Both the position numbers and the translations under genes were made by a program. From Gemmatimonadota bacterium (lineage in GTDB: Bacteria > Gemmatimonadota > Gemmatimonadetes > Gemmatimonadales > GWC2-71-9): a stretch of DNA of 64,000 bases. The stretch spans positions 1,004,314 to 1,068,313 of the forward strand of contig PNAE01000007.1 in the NCBI GenBank assembly GCA_003169895.1, written 5' to 3'. Numbering within the stretch: position 1 is the stretch's first letter; every line of letters begins with the position of its first letter. Below, piece after piece: positions 1 to 8,855 of this stretch. The notes under the pieces were generated by a model, which was not told the DNA's origin, ran no database searches, and saw only the letters and a program-made list of their open reading frames with translations.

Positions 1-2
1 AT

Positions 3-527
3 CGCATCGATCCGCAATTATTGGGCATTTCCGCGTACGTGAAACCCAGCGTGGGACTGCAGCTCCTCCGCCAGGAGATCCTCGGGCCCGACGCGTTCGA
101 CGACGCGTTCCGCACGTACATCCGGCGCTGGGCCTTCAGGCACCCGACCCCGGCGGACTTCTTCCGCACCATGGAGGACGCCAGCGGCCGCCGCCTGGAC
201 TGGTTCTGGCGAGAATGGTTCATCGAAAATGATCGCTTTGACCAGGCGATCGACACCGTGGCCACCAGGCAGGCCGGCGATACGCTGCACGTGGCGGTGA
301 TGTATGGCAACCGGATGCGGGGCGTCCTCCCTATTCGCGCCCGGTTCACCTTTGCTGACGGGTCAACCGAGGACTTCAATTACCCGGCCGAGGTCTGGAG
401 CACCAACTCGTCGCGTTACATGCGACGGTATGCGTTCGTGGGCAAGAAACTCGCGAAGATCGAGCTTGACCCGGACCATCGGCTGGTCGACGTGGAGCGG
501 AGCAACAATACGTGGACGGCGAAGTAA
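3..527 (+). CDS. M1-family metallopeptidase, C-terminal part only (5' end outside window)
   Basis: The frame is open from the left edge to TAA at 525-527. The tail ..[30 protein letters not shown].. matches by eye the C-terminal region (..DRHPMPYDFFNTVAQVSGRDLSWFWSSWF..) of the complete HExxH peptidase at 57591-59669. Confidence 0.8.
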   Translation, partial: RIDPQLLGISAYVKPSVGLQLLRQEILGPDAFDDAFRTYIRRWAFRHPTPADFFRTMEDASGRRLDWFWREWFIENDRFDQAIDTVATRQAGDTLHVAVMYGNRMRGVLPIRARFTFADGSTEDFNYPAEVWSTNSSRYMRRYAFVGKKLAKIELDPDHRLVDVERSNNTWTAK

Positions 528-531
528 GAAT

Positions 532-626
532 AGAGCGACAAGAGAGACGAGAGATGAGAGAAATCGATTGGCCGCGCTATCGTTGCTGATCGACGTCTCT
601 CGTCTCTCGTCTCTCGTCTCTCTCCC
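532..626. repeat. Heptad-phased inverted repeat (GAGACGA-type); right arm is 4 perfect CGTCTCT units at 594-621
   Basis: The left arm agagcgacaagagagacgagagatgagaga (532-561) and the cgtctct x4 right arm are separated by a spacer of about 30 nt. The element lies between convergent genes and starts 5 nt after the TAA at 525-527. Confidence 0.75.
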
Positions 627-2004
627 ATTCCCGCCATCCCCCGCCGAGATCGATCACGTCGCTGAATCCAATCCACTCCAGCACCGACGCGCCGATCGCG
701 GAACGGGTGCCGCCCTCGCAATGAACGGCGAGCGGCGTGGTGTGATCCATTGCCGCGAGCGTGCTGGCCAGCGTGCCGAGCGGGTGGTGGGCTGCACCGT
801 TGAGATGGCCGGCGCGCCATTCGCTCAGGTCGCGAACGTCGACGATGAGTCTGCCGTCTCGCTGCAGTCGTGACGCCTCCGCCATCGGAACGCACCGCGT
901 GGCGCGAGCCTCGGGGACGCCCTGTGCCGCGGCAATCACCGCCGGACTGAATGCACCGGCGACGCGATCCAGACCGATCGACGCCAACGCCAGTTGTGCC
1001 TCGAGCGCCGCGCCCGGGTCCGCCGCGATCAGGTAGAGTGCCCGGTCAGCGGGCAGCAGCCAGCCCGCCCAGGTGGTGAAGGTCTTGATGAGCGGCAGGT
1101 TGAGCGTACCGGGTATATGGGCTTCGGCATACGCCTGAAGCGGGCGGATGTCGAGCACCAACCCGTCGCGCAGGGCGCGCGGCAGAGCCGACGCCGCAAG
1201 CTCAGCCGGTGCCGCGCGTACCCCGAGAATGGGTGGACCGTCGCGGTTGATGCGCTTCATGCGCGCGAAGTATGTGGGTGGTGGCGGCTGGCCCTCGAGC
1301 ACGGCGGCGACGAACGCGTCTTCATCGGCAATCTGGAAGGCCCAGTTGGTACGCCGTTCATAGCCAAGCGTGCTGGTGGGAAGCGAGCCCAGTGCCTTGC
1401 CGCAGGCGGAACCGGCACCGTGGCCGGGCCAGATCTGCAGGTAGTCCGGCAGCGGAGCCAGGCGCTGCAACGACCGGAAGAGCGCTCGGGCACTGGGTTC
1501 CTTGCTCTCCGCGATGCCCGCGGCTACTTCCAGCAGGTCGGGGCGGCCGACGTCCCCCACGAAGACAAAGTCGCCGGACAGCAGCGCGACCGGGTCATCG
1601 CTCCGTACCGTGTCCGTGACGATGAACGCCAGATGCTCGGGTGTATGTCCGGGCGTGTGCCTGACGGTGAATCGGACCCGGCCGAGCTCGATGAGATTGC
1701 CGTCCCGGAGTGGCGTCGTGACGTCGTCGGCTGGGTAGCGGTACTGCCAGTCGGCGCCGCCTTCCGCCGACAAGAGCACCGCCGCGCCGGTTGCCGCCGC
1801 GAGTTCGCGCGTGCCCGAGACGAAGTCCGCGTGGATATGGGTTTCGGTCACGCGGGTGATGCGGACGCCCTCCTGTCGTGCAGCATCGACATACGGCGCG
1901 ATGTTGCGACTCGGGTCGACAACGATCGCCTCGCCGGTCGCCTGGCAGGCAATGAGGTAGCCCGCTTGCGCCAGGCGTTCGTCGTAGCAACGGCGAACCA
2001 GCAT
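577..2004 (-). CDS. MBL-fold metallo-hydrolase fused to two rhodanese-like domains (persulfide-dioxygenase/rhodanese-type architecture)
   Basis: 475-aa ORF with an HxHxDH-type motif (THIHADFVSG) in the N-terminal half. Two rhodanese-like modules follow, the last carrying the active-site loop VHCEGGTRS. The final ~15 codons are read from the heptad repeat. Confidence 0.85.
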   Translation of the reverse strand: MLVRRCYDERLAQAGYLIACQATGEAIVVDPSRNIAPYVDAARQEGVRITRVTETHIHADFVSGTRELAAATGAAVLLSAEGGADWQYRYPADDVTTPLRDGNLIELGRVRFTVRHTPGHTPEHLAFIVTDTVRSDDPVALLSGDFVFVGDVGRPDLLEVAAGIAESKEPSARALFRSLQRLAPLPDYLQIWPGHGAGSACGKALGSLPTSTLGYERRTNWAFQIADEDAFVAAVLEGQPPPPTYFARMKRINRDGPPILGVRAAPAELAASALPRALRDGLVLDIRPLQAYAEAHIPGTLNLPLIKTFTTWAGWLLPADRALYLIAADPGAALEAQLALASIGLDRVAGAFSPAVIAAAQGVPEARATRCVPMAEASRLQRDGRLIVDVRDLSEWRAGHLNGAAHHPLGTLASTLAAMDHTTPLAVHCEGGTRSAIGASVLEWIGFSDVIDLGGGWREWERDERRETRDVDQQR

Positions 2005-2006
2005 GC

Positions 2007-2819
2007 TCAGCGCTTCAGCGCGCGTTCAAGGACGGCCGCCAGCCGCACTCCGGCGCGCAGCAGGCGCTCGCGGATTACCGGACGCGCCGCTTCGGCGTAT
2101 CCGGGCGTGATATCCAGCGACGACGGCAGGTTACGGTAAACCATGTCGCGGGCGACGTCGTGCGACTCCATGGCCCATTGCGCCGGCGTGGTGGCGGTCA
2201 GGGCGGCGATGTCGGACCGCTGGCCGATCTGGTCCTCGATCTGGTGAGCGATTTCGCCATCGGTCTGGCCGTACGACAACAACAGCCCGCTGTCCCACAG
2301 CGAATGCAGGTTGGTACGCTTGCCGTCGAACGTGATCTTCAGGTCGTTGCCACCTCGATCGCCCCGTTCGCCCGCATGCAGCGGTTGATGGATGTCGCCG
2401 ACCAGATGCACCACCCACTTCAGCGCCGTCGCACGATCCGCATCGGAGCGGCTGTGGTCGGACAGGATCGCGATCTGCACGTTCAGCGCGGCAACGATGC
2501 ACGCGTCCTCCTTGCAATCGCGCGCCGGCACGTAGCTCGAGGCGGTGGTCTCGATGTCGACATAGTGCCATGGCGCGGTGCCGGGGAGATCGCGGCGCAC
2601 CTCGTCGGCCCAGTTCGCCACATCGGCGAGGGTCTGTCCGCCCAGGAGCCGCCGCGTCTCGTCGGCAGCGGCCGGTGAGAGGCGGTTCATTGCGATCTCC
2701 GCCACGACCCGGTGGCCCAGCGGCCCCCAGCGGAGCGCCGAACTGGCATCGGACACCGCTGGGGTGAGGACGATGGCGGCGGTGACGGCGAGACAGATGG
2801 CACGCGGAAACTGGCGCAT
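2007..2819 (-). CDS. S1/P1-family zinc nuclease, secreted
   Basis: Motifs WGPLGHRVVAEIA, NWADEVR, WHYVDI, HLVGDIHQPLH and GGN. Start chosen at ATG 2819 (MRQFPRAICLAVTAAIVL, signal-like); the ORF is open up to 2873. Confidence 0.85.
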   Translation of the reverse strand: MRQFPRAICLAVTAAIVLTPAVSDASSALRWGPLGHRVVAEIAMNRLSPAAADETRRLLGGQTLADVANWADEVRRDLPGTAPWHYVDIETTASSYVPARDCKEDACIVAALNVQIAILSDHSRSDADRATALKWVVHLVGDIHQPLHAGERGDRGGNDLKITFDGKRTNLHSLWDSGLLLSYGQTDGEIAHQIEDQIGQRSDIAALTATTPAQWAMESHDVARDMVYRNLPSSLDITPGYAEAARPVIRERLLRAGVRLAAVLERALKR

Positions 2820-2918
2820 TCGATGTCCCATTGAGTACGGGTATGGCGAGTGGTGCGATGCCCGCCCGCTCACATGGTATTATGGTCGGGCGGCGGCTGC
2901 GCCGGCAACGGAGACCCA

Positions 2919-3518
2919 ATGACGGCTCGACCAATCCTGACCATCATACTCCTCGCGGCTGCGGCCGGTTCCGCGGCGGGGCAGGATACCCTCCCCGGGT
3001 CGCGGATCACCAACGCCGGCGTCGTTCGCGCCACGGCCGCCACGGATTCGGTCTTCCTTGCCCGGACTCGAATGCGCGATACCGTCGACATTGGTGACTT
3101 CGCGAGCCTCATGCTCGCCAAGATCGGTGCGCCACCGTTCAGTGATTCGCTGGCCTTCAAGGTGACTGCGGATTCCCAGCGCGTCCGGGTTTCCGGCCGC
3201 CTGATGGACTTTCCCGCCGATTCGCGCGCCGAGCTCAGCCCGATCTTTTCGTTCCTCGATTCCACGTCAGTGTTCGTCGCGGAAATCTCGATGCCGCAGG
3301 CCGAGGACGGCATCATGGTCTTCCGGCTCGAACGGCTGACGGTGCGTGGCTTCCCGATCCCGGACCTGCTGGTACTCGCAGCGCTGGAACAATACCGCAA
3401 GCAGTACCCGAAGATGCTCGCCGCCGGCGGCAAGGAATTCCATGTCGAGATCCCGCGCGAGGCCCGGGCCGCCCTGGTCACGAACGGACTGGTACTGGTG
3501 ATGCCGCCGAAGCCTTAG
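2919..3518 (+). CDS. Hypothetical secreted protein
   Basis: Internal ATG at 2919 gives a signal-peptide-like N-terminus, MTARPILTIILLAAAAGSAAGQ. I recognise no family motif. Confidence 0.6.
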   Translation: MTARPILTIILLAAAAGSAAGQDTLPGSRITNAGVVRATAATDSVFLARTRMRDTVDIGDFASLMLAKIGAPPFSDSLAFKVTADSQRVRVSGRLMDFPADSRAELSPIFSFLDSTSVFVAEISMPQAEDGIMVFRLERLTVRGFPIPDLLVLAALEQYRKQYPKMLAAGGKEFHVEIPREARAALVTNGLVLVMPPKP

Positions 3519-3525
3519 CTTTCGT

Positions 3526-4767
3526 GTGATGCACGACCCCTGGGCCGCGCTCCGGCACCGCGACTACCGCCGCTTTCTCACCACCCATTTCGCCACCACG
3601 CTTGGCGTCCAGATCCAGGACGTCATCGTTGCCTGGCAGATGTACCTCGATACCCATGACCCGCTGTCACTCGGCCTGGTGGGACTCGCCGAGGCGCTTC
3701 CCAACATCCTGACGTCGCTGCTCGGCGGGCATGTAGCGGATCGGATGGACCGTCGCAAGCTGGCGCTGATTGCCACCTGGGTTCTGCTCGGCTGTGCGTT
3801 GGTATTGGCCGTGCTGGCGGGGTTCCACGGCCAAGCGAGTCACTGGCGCGTCGTCGGTGTGTACGGCGTGGTCGCGGTCAGCGGCGTAGCGCGCGCCTTC
3901 CTGCAGCCGGCCCGCACGGCACTCGCCGCGTCGATGGTACCCCGGGCAATGCAGCCCAACGCGATCACCTGGCGAAGCACCACCTGGCAGCTGGGTGCGG
4001 TGATCGGGCCGGCGCTCGGTGGTCTGCTCAACGCGGCGGTCGGGTTCCGCGGCAGCTACCTCGCCGATGCCGCCCTCATCGTCGTCGCGTTGTTCGCGCT
4101 CGCCGCGATCGAGTATCGCGGTGCACCGGTGGCGCCCGGTCCTTCCGAGCCGATCCTGCGCTCGTTGACCACCGGGATCCGCTACCTGCGGGGCCAGCAG
4201 GTCCTTCTCGGTGCCATGACGCTGGACCTGTTCTCGGTGCTGTTCGGCGGGGCGGTCGCGCTGCTGCCGATCTTCGTCGCCGACATCCTGCACACCGGCG
4301 TATGGGGCCTCGGGCTCCTGCGGGCGGCGCCCGCCGCTGGCGCACTCGCGATGTCGGTCTACCTGGCATGGCGGCCGCCGATGCAGCATGCCGGTCGGTC
4401 GCTGCTGATCGCGGTCGCCGCATTCGGCGCGTTCACGATCGGCTTCGGCCTCGCGCGCACCGTCTGGCTGTCGTTCGCGTGCCTGGCGGTGAGCGGCGCG
4501 GCCGATATGGTCAGCGTCGTCGTCCGTTCGACGCTGATGCAGCTGCTGGTGCCCAATCACCTGATGGGACGAGTCGCCAGCGTAAACTCGATCTTCATCG
4601 GCTCGAGCAACGAGATCGGTTCGTTCGAGTCCGGCCTCACGGCGCGATTGCTTGGCGCAGTGCCGGCGGTGCTGCTGGGCGGCGGGCTGACGCTCGCCGT
4701 GGTCGGCGGGACGGCGATCTGGGCACCGAAGCTGGGCCGAGTGCGAAGATTGGATGAGGTAAGATAG
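3526..4767 (+). CDS. MFS transporter
   Basis: 413 aa with about 12 hydrophobic segments and an MFS-like loop motif (GGHVADRMDRRK) between TM2 and TM3. Confidence 0.85.
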   Translation: MMHDPWAALRHRDYRRFLTTHFATTLGVQIQDVIVAWQMYLDTHDPLSLGLVGLAEALPNILTSLLGGHVADRMDRRKLALIATWVLLGCALVLAVLAGFHGQASHWRVVGVYGVVAVSGVARAFLQPARTALAASMVPRAMQPNAITWRSTTWQLGAVIGPALGGLLNAAVGFRGSYLADAALIVVALFALAAIEYRGAPVAPGPSEPILRSLTTGIRYLRGQQVLLGAMTLDLFSVLFGGAVALLPIFVADILHTGVWGLGLLRAAPAAGALAMSVYLAWRPPMQHAGRSLLIAVAAFGAFTIGFGLARTVWLSFACLAVSGAADMVSVVVRSTLMQLLVPNHLMGRVASVNSIFIGSSNEIGSFESGLTARLLGAVPAVLLGGGLTLAVVGGTAIWAPKLGRVRRLDEVR

Positions 4768-4976
4768 GGAAGAGAGACGAGAGACGAGAGACGTGAGACG
4801 TGAAACGAGAGACGAGAGACGAGAGACGAGAGACGAGAGAAGAGCCCCCGTCCGTGTCATCCCTCGCGTTGGCTCGGGATGCCAGCACGGCCATGCCGGT
4901 CACGTCTCACGTCTCACGTCTCTCGTCTCTCGTCAATAGTCTCTCGTCTCTCGTCAATAGTCTCTCGTCTCTCGTT
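4768..4976. repeat. Largest heptad-phased inverted repeat (GAGACGA/GAGACGT arrays, ~75-nt arms)
   Basis: The left arm (4768-4844) has about 10 GAGACGA/GAGACGT units. The right arm (4899-4976) has ACGTCTC/TCGTCTC units, including a 21-nt direct duplication tctctcgtctctcgtcaatag x2. The loop carries an ATCCCTCGC..GCTCGGGATG unit. The element starts directly after the TAG at 4765-4767. Confidence 0.85.
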
Positions 4977-5418
4977 GCACCCGCTTCCAATCCATCACGA
5001 CGGCGATCAGGTGCGTCGTGATCGTCACCGCGCTGATCGCGCACCACGGGCAGAACGTCTTCAGGATGATGAATTCGGCATACTTGAGGCGGAGCGTGAA
5101 GATGAACGCCGGAATGACCAGCGCCATCAGGGCCACCGTGATGCGCGGGTCGTCGATCCAGCGTGAGCGCAGGCCGACGAGCGCGGTGATCACGATCAGC
5201 GTATAGCCGACCGTGCCGATGAGCGCGACGTCGACACCGAGGAACCGACCCCATCGGGAGGTCATGGCATATTCGCAGCCGTGGTTCGCGGTGCAGGCGA
5301 GCGCGCCCATGTACCCCAGCTTCCAGAGGTGGAGGTACAGGGCGACCAGACCGGCGATGACAGCCGTCATCGCGATCCAGTGGCGGGGCGTGAAGCCGGT
5401 CGAGGTGGATTGGGTCAC
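4954..5418 (-). CDS. Vitamin K epoxide reductase (VKOR) family membrane protein
   Basis: 154 aa with four hydrophobic segments, a loop Cys pair (CTANHGC) and a CPWC redox motif. The C-terminal ..QRETRDY is read from the repeat arm. Confidence 0.8.
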   Translation of the reverse strand: MTQSTSTGFTPRHWIAMTAVIAGLVALYLHLWKLGYMGALACTANHGCEYAMTSRWGRFLGVDVALIGTVGYTLIVITALVGLRSRWIDDPRITVALMALVIPAFIFTLRLKYAEFIILKTFCPWCAISAVTITTHLIAVVMDWKRVQRETRDY

Positions 5419-5483
5419 AGCACCATTCTACCAGCGGCCGGCACGATCCGGAATCGCCGGCGGTGTAGGTTTCGCCCCCGATC

Positions 5484-7082
5484 ATGCCCGAATCCACTGA
5501 TGGTCTCGCCCGAGCGGCCGTCCCGCGCCGAACCTTTGCCATCATCTCGCATCCCGATGCCGGGAAGACCACCCTGACCGAAAAGCTGCTGCTCTACGGC
5601 GGCGCCATCCACCTCGCCGGGTCGGTCAAGGCGCGCCGCGCCGCTCGGCACGCGATCTCGGACTGGATGGCGCTTGAGCGCCAGCGGGGCATTTCCGTCA
5701 CGTCGAGCGTGCTCCAGTTCCAGTACTCCGGGTACCAGATCAACCTGCTCGATACCCCCGGACACGCCGACTTCTCGGAGGATACCTATCGCACGCTGAT
5801 CGCCGCCGACAGCGCCGTGATGCTCCTCGACAACCGTCGCGGGGTCGAGGAGCGGACCCGCCAGTTGTTCGACGTCTGTCGATTGCGTCGCATGCCGATC
5901 TTCACCTTCGTGAACAAGTGCGACCGGCCGGGCGGCAATCCGCTGGCGCTGGTGAGCGACGTCGAGGCCGACCTCGGTCTCGGCATCTACCCCGTGACCT
6001 GGCCGATCAACACCGGGTCCGGCTTTGTGGGGGTGGCGGATCGCCGCCGGCGCGAAGTGCTGCTGTTCGGCAGGACGGCCGACCATGGCGCCACGCTGGT
6101 CGAGACCCGCCGCATGGCAGTCGATGATGCCGCGCTGGGACTGGTGCTCGGCGAACAGGGCGTTGCCACGTTGCGCGACGAGCTCGACCTGCTCGATCAT
6201 GCGGGACACGCATGGGACGAGGCGGCCGTGCTCGCCGGGACGCTGTCGCCGATGTTCTTCGGTTCGGCGCTATCCAACTTTGGCGTCGAGCCGTTCCTGC
6301 ACGACTTCCTCGATCACGCGCCCGGCCCATTGCCGCGCCCAGCCGTGCCGTGCGAGGTCCTGCCGGATGGCGCCGAGTTCACCGGATTCGTGTTCAAGAT
6401 CCAGGCGAACATGGACCCCAAGCACCGGGACCGCATCGCGTTCGTCCGCGTCTGCTCGGGGCACTTCACCGCCGGCATGACCGTCACGCTGGCGCGCACC
6501 GGGAAGACGCTGCGCCTCGCGCAGCCGCAGCAATTCCTTGCCCGCGAGCGCATCGAAGTGGACGAGGCGTGGCCCGGCGACGTGATCGGCATTCACGACC
6601 GTGGCACGCTCCGCGTGTCGGATTCGCTGTCGATCCGGGGCGACGTCGTGTTCAGCGGGATCCCGCGCTTCGCGCCGCAATACTTCGCGCGGGTCATGGT
6701 GTCCGACCCGTTGCGCCGCAAGCACCTGGACACCGGCCTGCGGCAGCTGGCCGAAGAAGGAGCGGTGCAGGTGTTCTACCAGGAATCGATGGCCGGGCCG
6801 GTGCCGATCGTCGGCGCCGTCGGCCTGCTGCAGTTCGACGTGTTGCTCTTCCGGCTCGACGCCGAGTACGGTGTTCCCTGCAAGCTCGAGCCGTTGCCCT
6901 TCAAGCTCGCCCGCTGGGTGCGCGGCAGCGATACCGCGATCGATGCCGTCGTCGAAGGCCGCTCGCGCATGCGGCTGTACGATGCCCGGGGGAATTCGAT
7001 CCTGCTGTTCGAGGACGAATGGGCACTGCGGCACAGTCTCGAGAAGAGCCAGGGCCTCGAGTTTCTCGAAGTCGCGCCGTGA
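5484..7082 (+). CDS. prfC: Peptide chain release factor 3
   Basis: GTPase motifs ISHPDAGKTTLTEKLL, DTPGHADF and NKCD; length 532 aa; the sequence is RF3-like throughout. Confidence 0.95.
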   Translation: MPESTDGLARAAVPRRTFAIISHPDAGKTTLTEKLLLYGGAIHLAGSVKARRAARHAISDWMALERQRGISVTSSVLQFQYSGYQINLLDTPGHADFSEDTYRTLIAADSAVMLLDNRRGVEERTRQLFDVCRLRRMPIFTFVNKCDRPGGNPLALVSDVEADLGLGIYPVTWPINTGSGFVGVADRRRREVLLFGRTADHGATLVETRRMAVDDAALGLVLGEQGVATLRDELDLLDHAGHAWDEAAVLAGTLSPMFFGSALSNFGVEPFLHDFLDHAPGPLPRPAVPCEVLPDGAEFTGFVFKIQANMDPKHRDRIAFVRVCSGHFTAGMTVTLARTGKTLRLAQPQQFLARERIEVDEAWPGDVIGIHDRGTLRVSDSLSIRGDVVFSGIPRFAPQYFARVMVSDPLRRKHLDTGLRQLAEEGAVQVFYQESMAGPVPIVGAVGLLQFDVLLFRLDAEYGVPCKLEPLPFKLARWVRGSDTAIDAVVEGRSRMRLYDARGNSILLFEDEWALRHSLEKSQGLEFLEVAP

Positions 7083-7087
7083 CCAAG

Positions 7088-7245
7088 GAGAGACGAGAGA
7101 CGTGAGACGTGAGACGTGAGACGTGAACAACGTGGCGGTAGCGTCGTCCTGAGCGAAGGGACCCGTCGCTATGTTCGGGATGATAGCCCTGCAGGCCGTT
7201 CCTTCTCACGTCTCACGTCTCACGTTTCTCGTCTCTCGTCTCTCG
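7088..7245. repeat. Heptad-phased inverted repeat (GAGACGT/GTGAGAC arrays) with a GTCGTCCTGAGCGAAGGGAC unit in the loop
   Basis: Left arm 7088-7127 and right arm 7204-7245, between convergent prfC (stop 7080-7082) and selO (stop 7248-7250). TGA occurs at 7103, 7110, 7117 and 7124, which covers all three frames. Confidence 0.85.
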
Positions 7246-7247
7246 CC

Positions 7248-8759
7248 TTACGAACTGCAGCTGACGGCGATCTCTCGCGCCCATTCAGGCGGCCGCTCCG
7301 CGTACCGCTCCGCCGCCGGGTGTTCGTCGAACGGTGTCTGCAACAGGCGGCGAAGCTCCTCGATCGGCGCATAGTTACCCGCCTGGGCGCCGGCAATCGC
7401 TTCCTGCGCCATCCAGTTACGCAACACGAACTTGGGGTTGGTGCCGAGCATCCGGCCGTGTCGCGCGGTGACGTCGATGCTCTCCCGCAGCACGCGTTGC
7501 GTGTAGCGGGCCAGCCACGCAGTGAGGCGCTCCAGTGCGGGCACCTCGGCGCGCAACGCATCGTTGCGCTGGACATCGCGTGTGCTGTCACCGGCGGCAT
7601 GGTGTGACAGCGCGCGAAAAAAGCGGGTGTAGTCGGCGCGCGTGTCGTGCAGCAGCGCCAGCAGATCGGCCACCAGTACCACGTCACCGGCTTCGGTGCC
7701 CACGAGGCCGAGCTTCGCTCGCATCAGCTGGTCCATCTCGGCCTCGAACGTCCCACGATACTCTTCGAGTGCCGCGACAACCGCAGTTCCGCGCGACGCC
7801 GCCGGGACATCCTGGTCGAGCAGCGGCAGCAGTGCTTCGCCGAGTCGGGCGCAGTTCCACAGTCCGACGCGCGGCTGCTGATCGAACGCGTAGCGCCCGG
7901 CTGGATCGGAATGATTGGGGATGAAGCCGCGGTCGTAGGCGTCCATCCAGGCGTAGGGGCCGTAGTCGAGGGAGATGCCGAGAATTGACATGTTGTCGGT
8001 GTTCAGCACGCCGTGGGCGAAGCCGACCGCAGTCCAAGCCGCCATCAGCCGCGCGGTGCGAGCGACGACTTCGCGGTACCACGCCACGTATCGAGCCGGC
8101 GCGGGCAGCGTGAGCAGGTGGGCAAAGTGCATGTCGATCACGTAGTCGGCGAGTTGCCGCAACGCGGCGTCCTGACCGCGCGACGCGAACAGTTCAAAGG
8201 TGCCGAAGCGCACGTGGGTCGGCGCCACGCGCACGAGCACCGCGCCGGTCTCGACCTGCTCCCGGAATACCGGCGCGTCGCTTCCGATGATCGCCAGCGA
8301 ACGCGTGGTCGAAATGCCCAGGCCGTGCATCGCTTCGCCGGCGAGATACTCGCGTACCGTGGAGCGGAGCACCGCCCGCCCGTCGCCCATCCGCGAAAAG
8401 CGCGTCAAGCCGGCACCCTTGAGCTGCACGTCCCAGCGCTGGTGCCGCGAATTGACGATCTCGCCGAGCAGGATCGCCCGCCCGTCGCCCAACTCCGGCA
8501 CCCACACCCCGAACTGGTGCCCGGCGTAGATTGCGGCAATCGGCTGGGTGCCCGCCAGCGCGAGTTCGCCATTCAATGCCGCGACGAACTCGCGCCGCCC
8601 TCCCTCGCCCGGGTCGAGGTCCAACAGGGCGGCGACGTCGGGGTTGAAGGCCACCAGGGTGGGGTCGGGCAGCGGCGTTGGCCTGACCTGCTGGTAGAAC
8701 GCCTCCGGCAGGCGGGCGAACGAATTGTCCCAGCGCAGGTCTTCCAAGGGTCGGAGCAC
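7248..8759 (-). CDS. selO: Protein adenylyltransferase SelO (YdiU/UPF0061 family)
   Basis: 503 aa with characteristic segments ..FARLPEAFY.., ..GDGRAVLRS..REYL.. and ..HGVLNTDNMSILG..DYGPY. Confidence 0.9.
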   Translation of the reverse strand: MLRPLEDLRWDNSFARLPEAFYQQVRPTPLPDPTLVAFNPDVAALLDLDPGEGGRREFVAALNGELALAGTQPIAAIYAGHQFGVWVPELGDGRAILLGEIVNSRHQRWDVQLKGAGLTRFSRMGDGRAVLRSTVREYLAGEAMHGLGISTTRSLAIIGSDAPVFREQVETGAVLVRVAPTHVRFGTFELFASRGQDAALRQLADYVIDMHFAHLLTLPAPARYVAWYREVVARTARLMAAWTAVGFAHGVLNTDNMSILGISLDYGPYAWMDAYDRGFIPNHSDPAGRYAFDQQPRVGLWNCARLGEALLPLLDQDVPAASRGTAVVAALEEYRGTFEAEMDQLMRAKLGLVGTEAGDVVLVADLLALLHDTRADYTRFFRALSHHAAGDSTRDVQRNDALRAEVPALERLTAWLARYTQRVLRESIDVTARHGRMLGTNPKFVLRNWMAQEAIAGAQAGNYAPIEELRRLLQTPFDEHPAAERYAERPPEWAREIAVSCSS

Positions 8760-8855
8760 GGCGGAAACCTATCCAGCCGTGAAACCAACCTGGGCTCGGC
8801 AACGTTTATATCTGGAACGGGCTCCAACCCGTCTTTCCCCGGCAGGAGCAAGTCG

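Noticed and set aside
4768-4976. Heptad arrays as a CRISPR array or minisatellite-encoded protein (ETRDERR or SRLSSLV peptide repeats in six ORFs of the track)
   Set aside because: The unit is 7 nt with no 25-40-nt repeat/unique-spacer alternation and no cas genes. The 'proteins' exist in all frames on both strands simply because of the periodicity.
8013-8855. The 5' two-thirds of the 519-aa ORF 8013-9572
   Set aside because: It runs antisense to the well-supported selO gene and has Arg/Pro/Gly-rich nonsense composition. A clean ATG with an AGGAG RBS and a TM segment begins at 8856. It is a typical shadow ORF of high-GC DNA.
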